A stretch of 64,000 bases of DNA, taken from positions 3,501 to 67,500 of the forward strand of contig JAEZDJ010000065.1 in NCBI GenBank assembly GCA_023429565.1, written 5' to 3'. This stretch comes from Actinomycetes bacterium (GTDB lineage: Bacteria; Actinomycetota; Coriobacteriia; Coriobacteriales; Eggerthellaceae). Position 1 is the stretch's first letter; every line of letters starts with the position of its first letter. A program made the translations under genes and the position numbers. Of the stretch, positions 62,745 to 64,000 are shown in pieces. The notes below the pieces were generated by a model. The model was not told the DNA's origin and searched no databases. It saw only the letters and a program-made list of their open reading frames with translations.

Positions 62745-63974
62745 CTAATCTTCCAAATAGTCCTTCAGCTTCGACGACCGGGACGGATGACGCAATTTTG
62801 CAAGCGTCTTGCTCTCGATCTGCCGGATTCGCTCACGCGTCACGCCAAACTCGCGGCCGACTTCCTCAAGCGTGCGAGGATGCCCGTCCTCCAGCCCAAA
62901 ACGCAGAGCGATGACCTTGCGCTCTCGTTCGGCCAGACCGTCAAGAACCTTTGAGAGCTGTTCCTGCAGCATGCTGAAACTTGCCGCATCGGGGGGGACG
63001 ACGGCGGCGTCGTCCTCAATGAAATCGCCAAGCTGGGAGTCCTCCTCTTCGCCGATGGGCGTCTCGAGAGAAACCGGCTCTTGCGATATCTTCTGAATCT
63101 CCCGCACGCGTTCGGCAGTGAGGCCCATTTCCTTGCCGATCTCCTCCGGCGTTGGCTCGCGGCCGAGCTCCTGAAGCAGCTGGCGCTGAATGCGCACCAG
63201 TTTGTTGATGGTCTCAACCATGTGCACCGGAATGCGGATGGTCCGCGCTTGGTCTGCAATGGCGCGTGTGATGGCCTGGCGGATCCACCAGGTGGCGTAG
63301 GTTGAGAACTTGAAGCCCTTCGTGTAATCGAATTTCTCGACGGCACGGATGAGCCCCAAATTGCCTTCCTGGATGAGATCGAGAAACAGCATCCCGCGTC
63401 CCACATAACGCTTGGCAATGGACACCACAAGGCGGAGGTTCGCTTCGATGAGCTGCTGTTTCGCATCAAGGCCCACCTGCTCGATACGGCCGAGGCGACG
63501 CTTCTCGCGACGATCGAGCTCGGCGCCCTCGTCTTCGGCCCGCTCAAGCTCTTCGGTGGCGGCGACTCCGGCCTCTATCTTCATGGCCAAGTCGATCTCT
63601 TCGGCAGCCGTCAACAGCGGCACCTTGCCGATCTCCTTGAGATACATGCGAACAGGATCGCCCGTCAGCATGGTGACGGAGGCATCGGCGTTGCGCTTGC
63701 GCGACTTCACCTTCGACTTGCCAACTTTGGGCAACTGCACGTCGACGGTCGCCTTGAGTTCCTCCTCGGGAATTCCCTCGAGCAGGTTCTCGTCGTCGTC
63801 ATCATCCGACAGGCTGCCTTCGATCTTGTCGTCGTCGAGCGAATCGGTCACGTTCGCATCGGGCTCTTCGCCCAGCGCATCGTCGTCGTCCAGTATCTCG
63901 TCAGTCTCGATCGGGTTTTTCGCAGCTTGATCCTTTTCATGCACAGACACTTGCTTCTCTGAGGCTTGGGCCAC
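62745..63974 (-). CDS. rpoD: Primary RNA polymerase sigma factor (sigma-70/RpoD)
   Basis: [34 protein letters not shown] (region 2.4-3.0), region 4 [19 protein letters not shown], acidic N-terminus. GTG start preceded by GGAAAGGAAG. Confidence 0.93.
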   Translation of the reverse strand: MAQASEKQVSVHEKDQAAKNPIETDEILDDDDALGEEPDANVTDSLDDDKIEGSLSDDDDDENLLEGIPEEELKATVDVQLPKVGKSKVKSRKRNADASVTMLTGDPVRMYLKEIGKVPLLTAAEEIDLAMKIEAGVAATEELERAEDEGAELDRREKRRLGRIEQVGLDAKQQLIEANLRLVVSIAKRYVGRGMLFLDLIQEGNLGLIRAVEKFDYTKGFKFSTYATWWIRQAITRAIADQARTIRIPVHMVETINKLVRIQRQLLQELGREPTPEEIGKEMGLTAERVREIQKISQEPVSLETPIGEEEDSQLGDFIEDDAAVVPPDAASFSMLQEQLSKVLDGLAERERKVIALRFGLEDGHPRTLEEVGREFGVTRERIRQIESKTLAKLRHPSRSSKLKDYLED

Positions 63975-64000
63975 GTGATCTTCCTTTCCGATTGTTCACG

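Noticed and set aside
1-64000. CRISPR arrays, IS elements, integrases, prophage genes and rRNA operons.
   Set aside because: I saw no regularly spaced direct repeats, no transposase or integrase-like ORFs, and no rRNA-like sequence on either strand.

Overview
This is a GC-rich Gram-positive chromosome segment. Gene content suggests Actinomycetota, most likely a Coriobacteriia/Eggerthellaceae-like gut anaerobe; that placement is inference and no search was possible.

**Positions 1-37.5 kb: core housekeeping.** An almost unbroken minus-strand run carries smc (runs off the left edge), rnc, plsX, rpmF, an ABC exporter, yceD, coaD, rsmD, recG, yloV, asp23, a COG1579 Zn-ribbon gene, a Nif3-like gene, a PHP phosphatase, a cysteine desulfurase, rpe, gpsA, plsY, der, a DUF512 gene, ispH, plsC, cmk, aroA, tyrA, rluB, scpB, scpA, an M50 protease, trmL and a frameshifted ABC-F ATPase. 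Three plus-strand genes interrupt it:
- rpmB.
- An MGMT-like gene with its active-site Cys replaced by Gly.
- A VanZ-RDD-NnrE fusion.

**37.7-41.8 kb.** tRNA-Val, a Cys-rich protein, an esterase, a small orphan gene, trpS and tRNA-Met.

**41.8-46.5 kb: tRNA-bracketed accessory segment.** It holds an FGGY kinase / HAD phosphatase / RuBisCO-like protein operon and two divergent mini Cys-proteins, ending at tRNA-Asn.

**46.5-60.4 kb: the most interesting part.** This is a co-directional 13-kb cluster containing:
- two paralogous Tat-less molybdopterin oxidoreductases, each with a mini-ferredoxin;
- a non-canonical amidohydrolase_2-fold protein;
- two MFS transporters;
- a polytopic membrane LuxR regulator;
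- small orphan proteins.

It looks like a candidate inducible polyphenol/catechol-type catabolic island.

**60.3-64 kb.** rlmL and rpoD.

I recognised no rRNA, CRISPR array, transposase or integrase. Many long ORFs in the supplied track are antisense shadows typical of high-GC DNA. Three real genes are missing from the track: smc (no stop inside the window), rpmF (59 aa) and a 47-aa Zn-ribbon gene.
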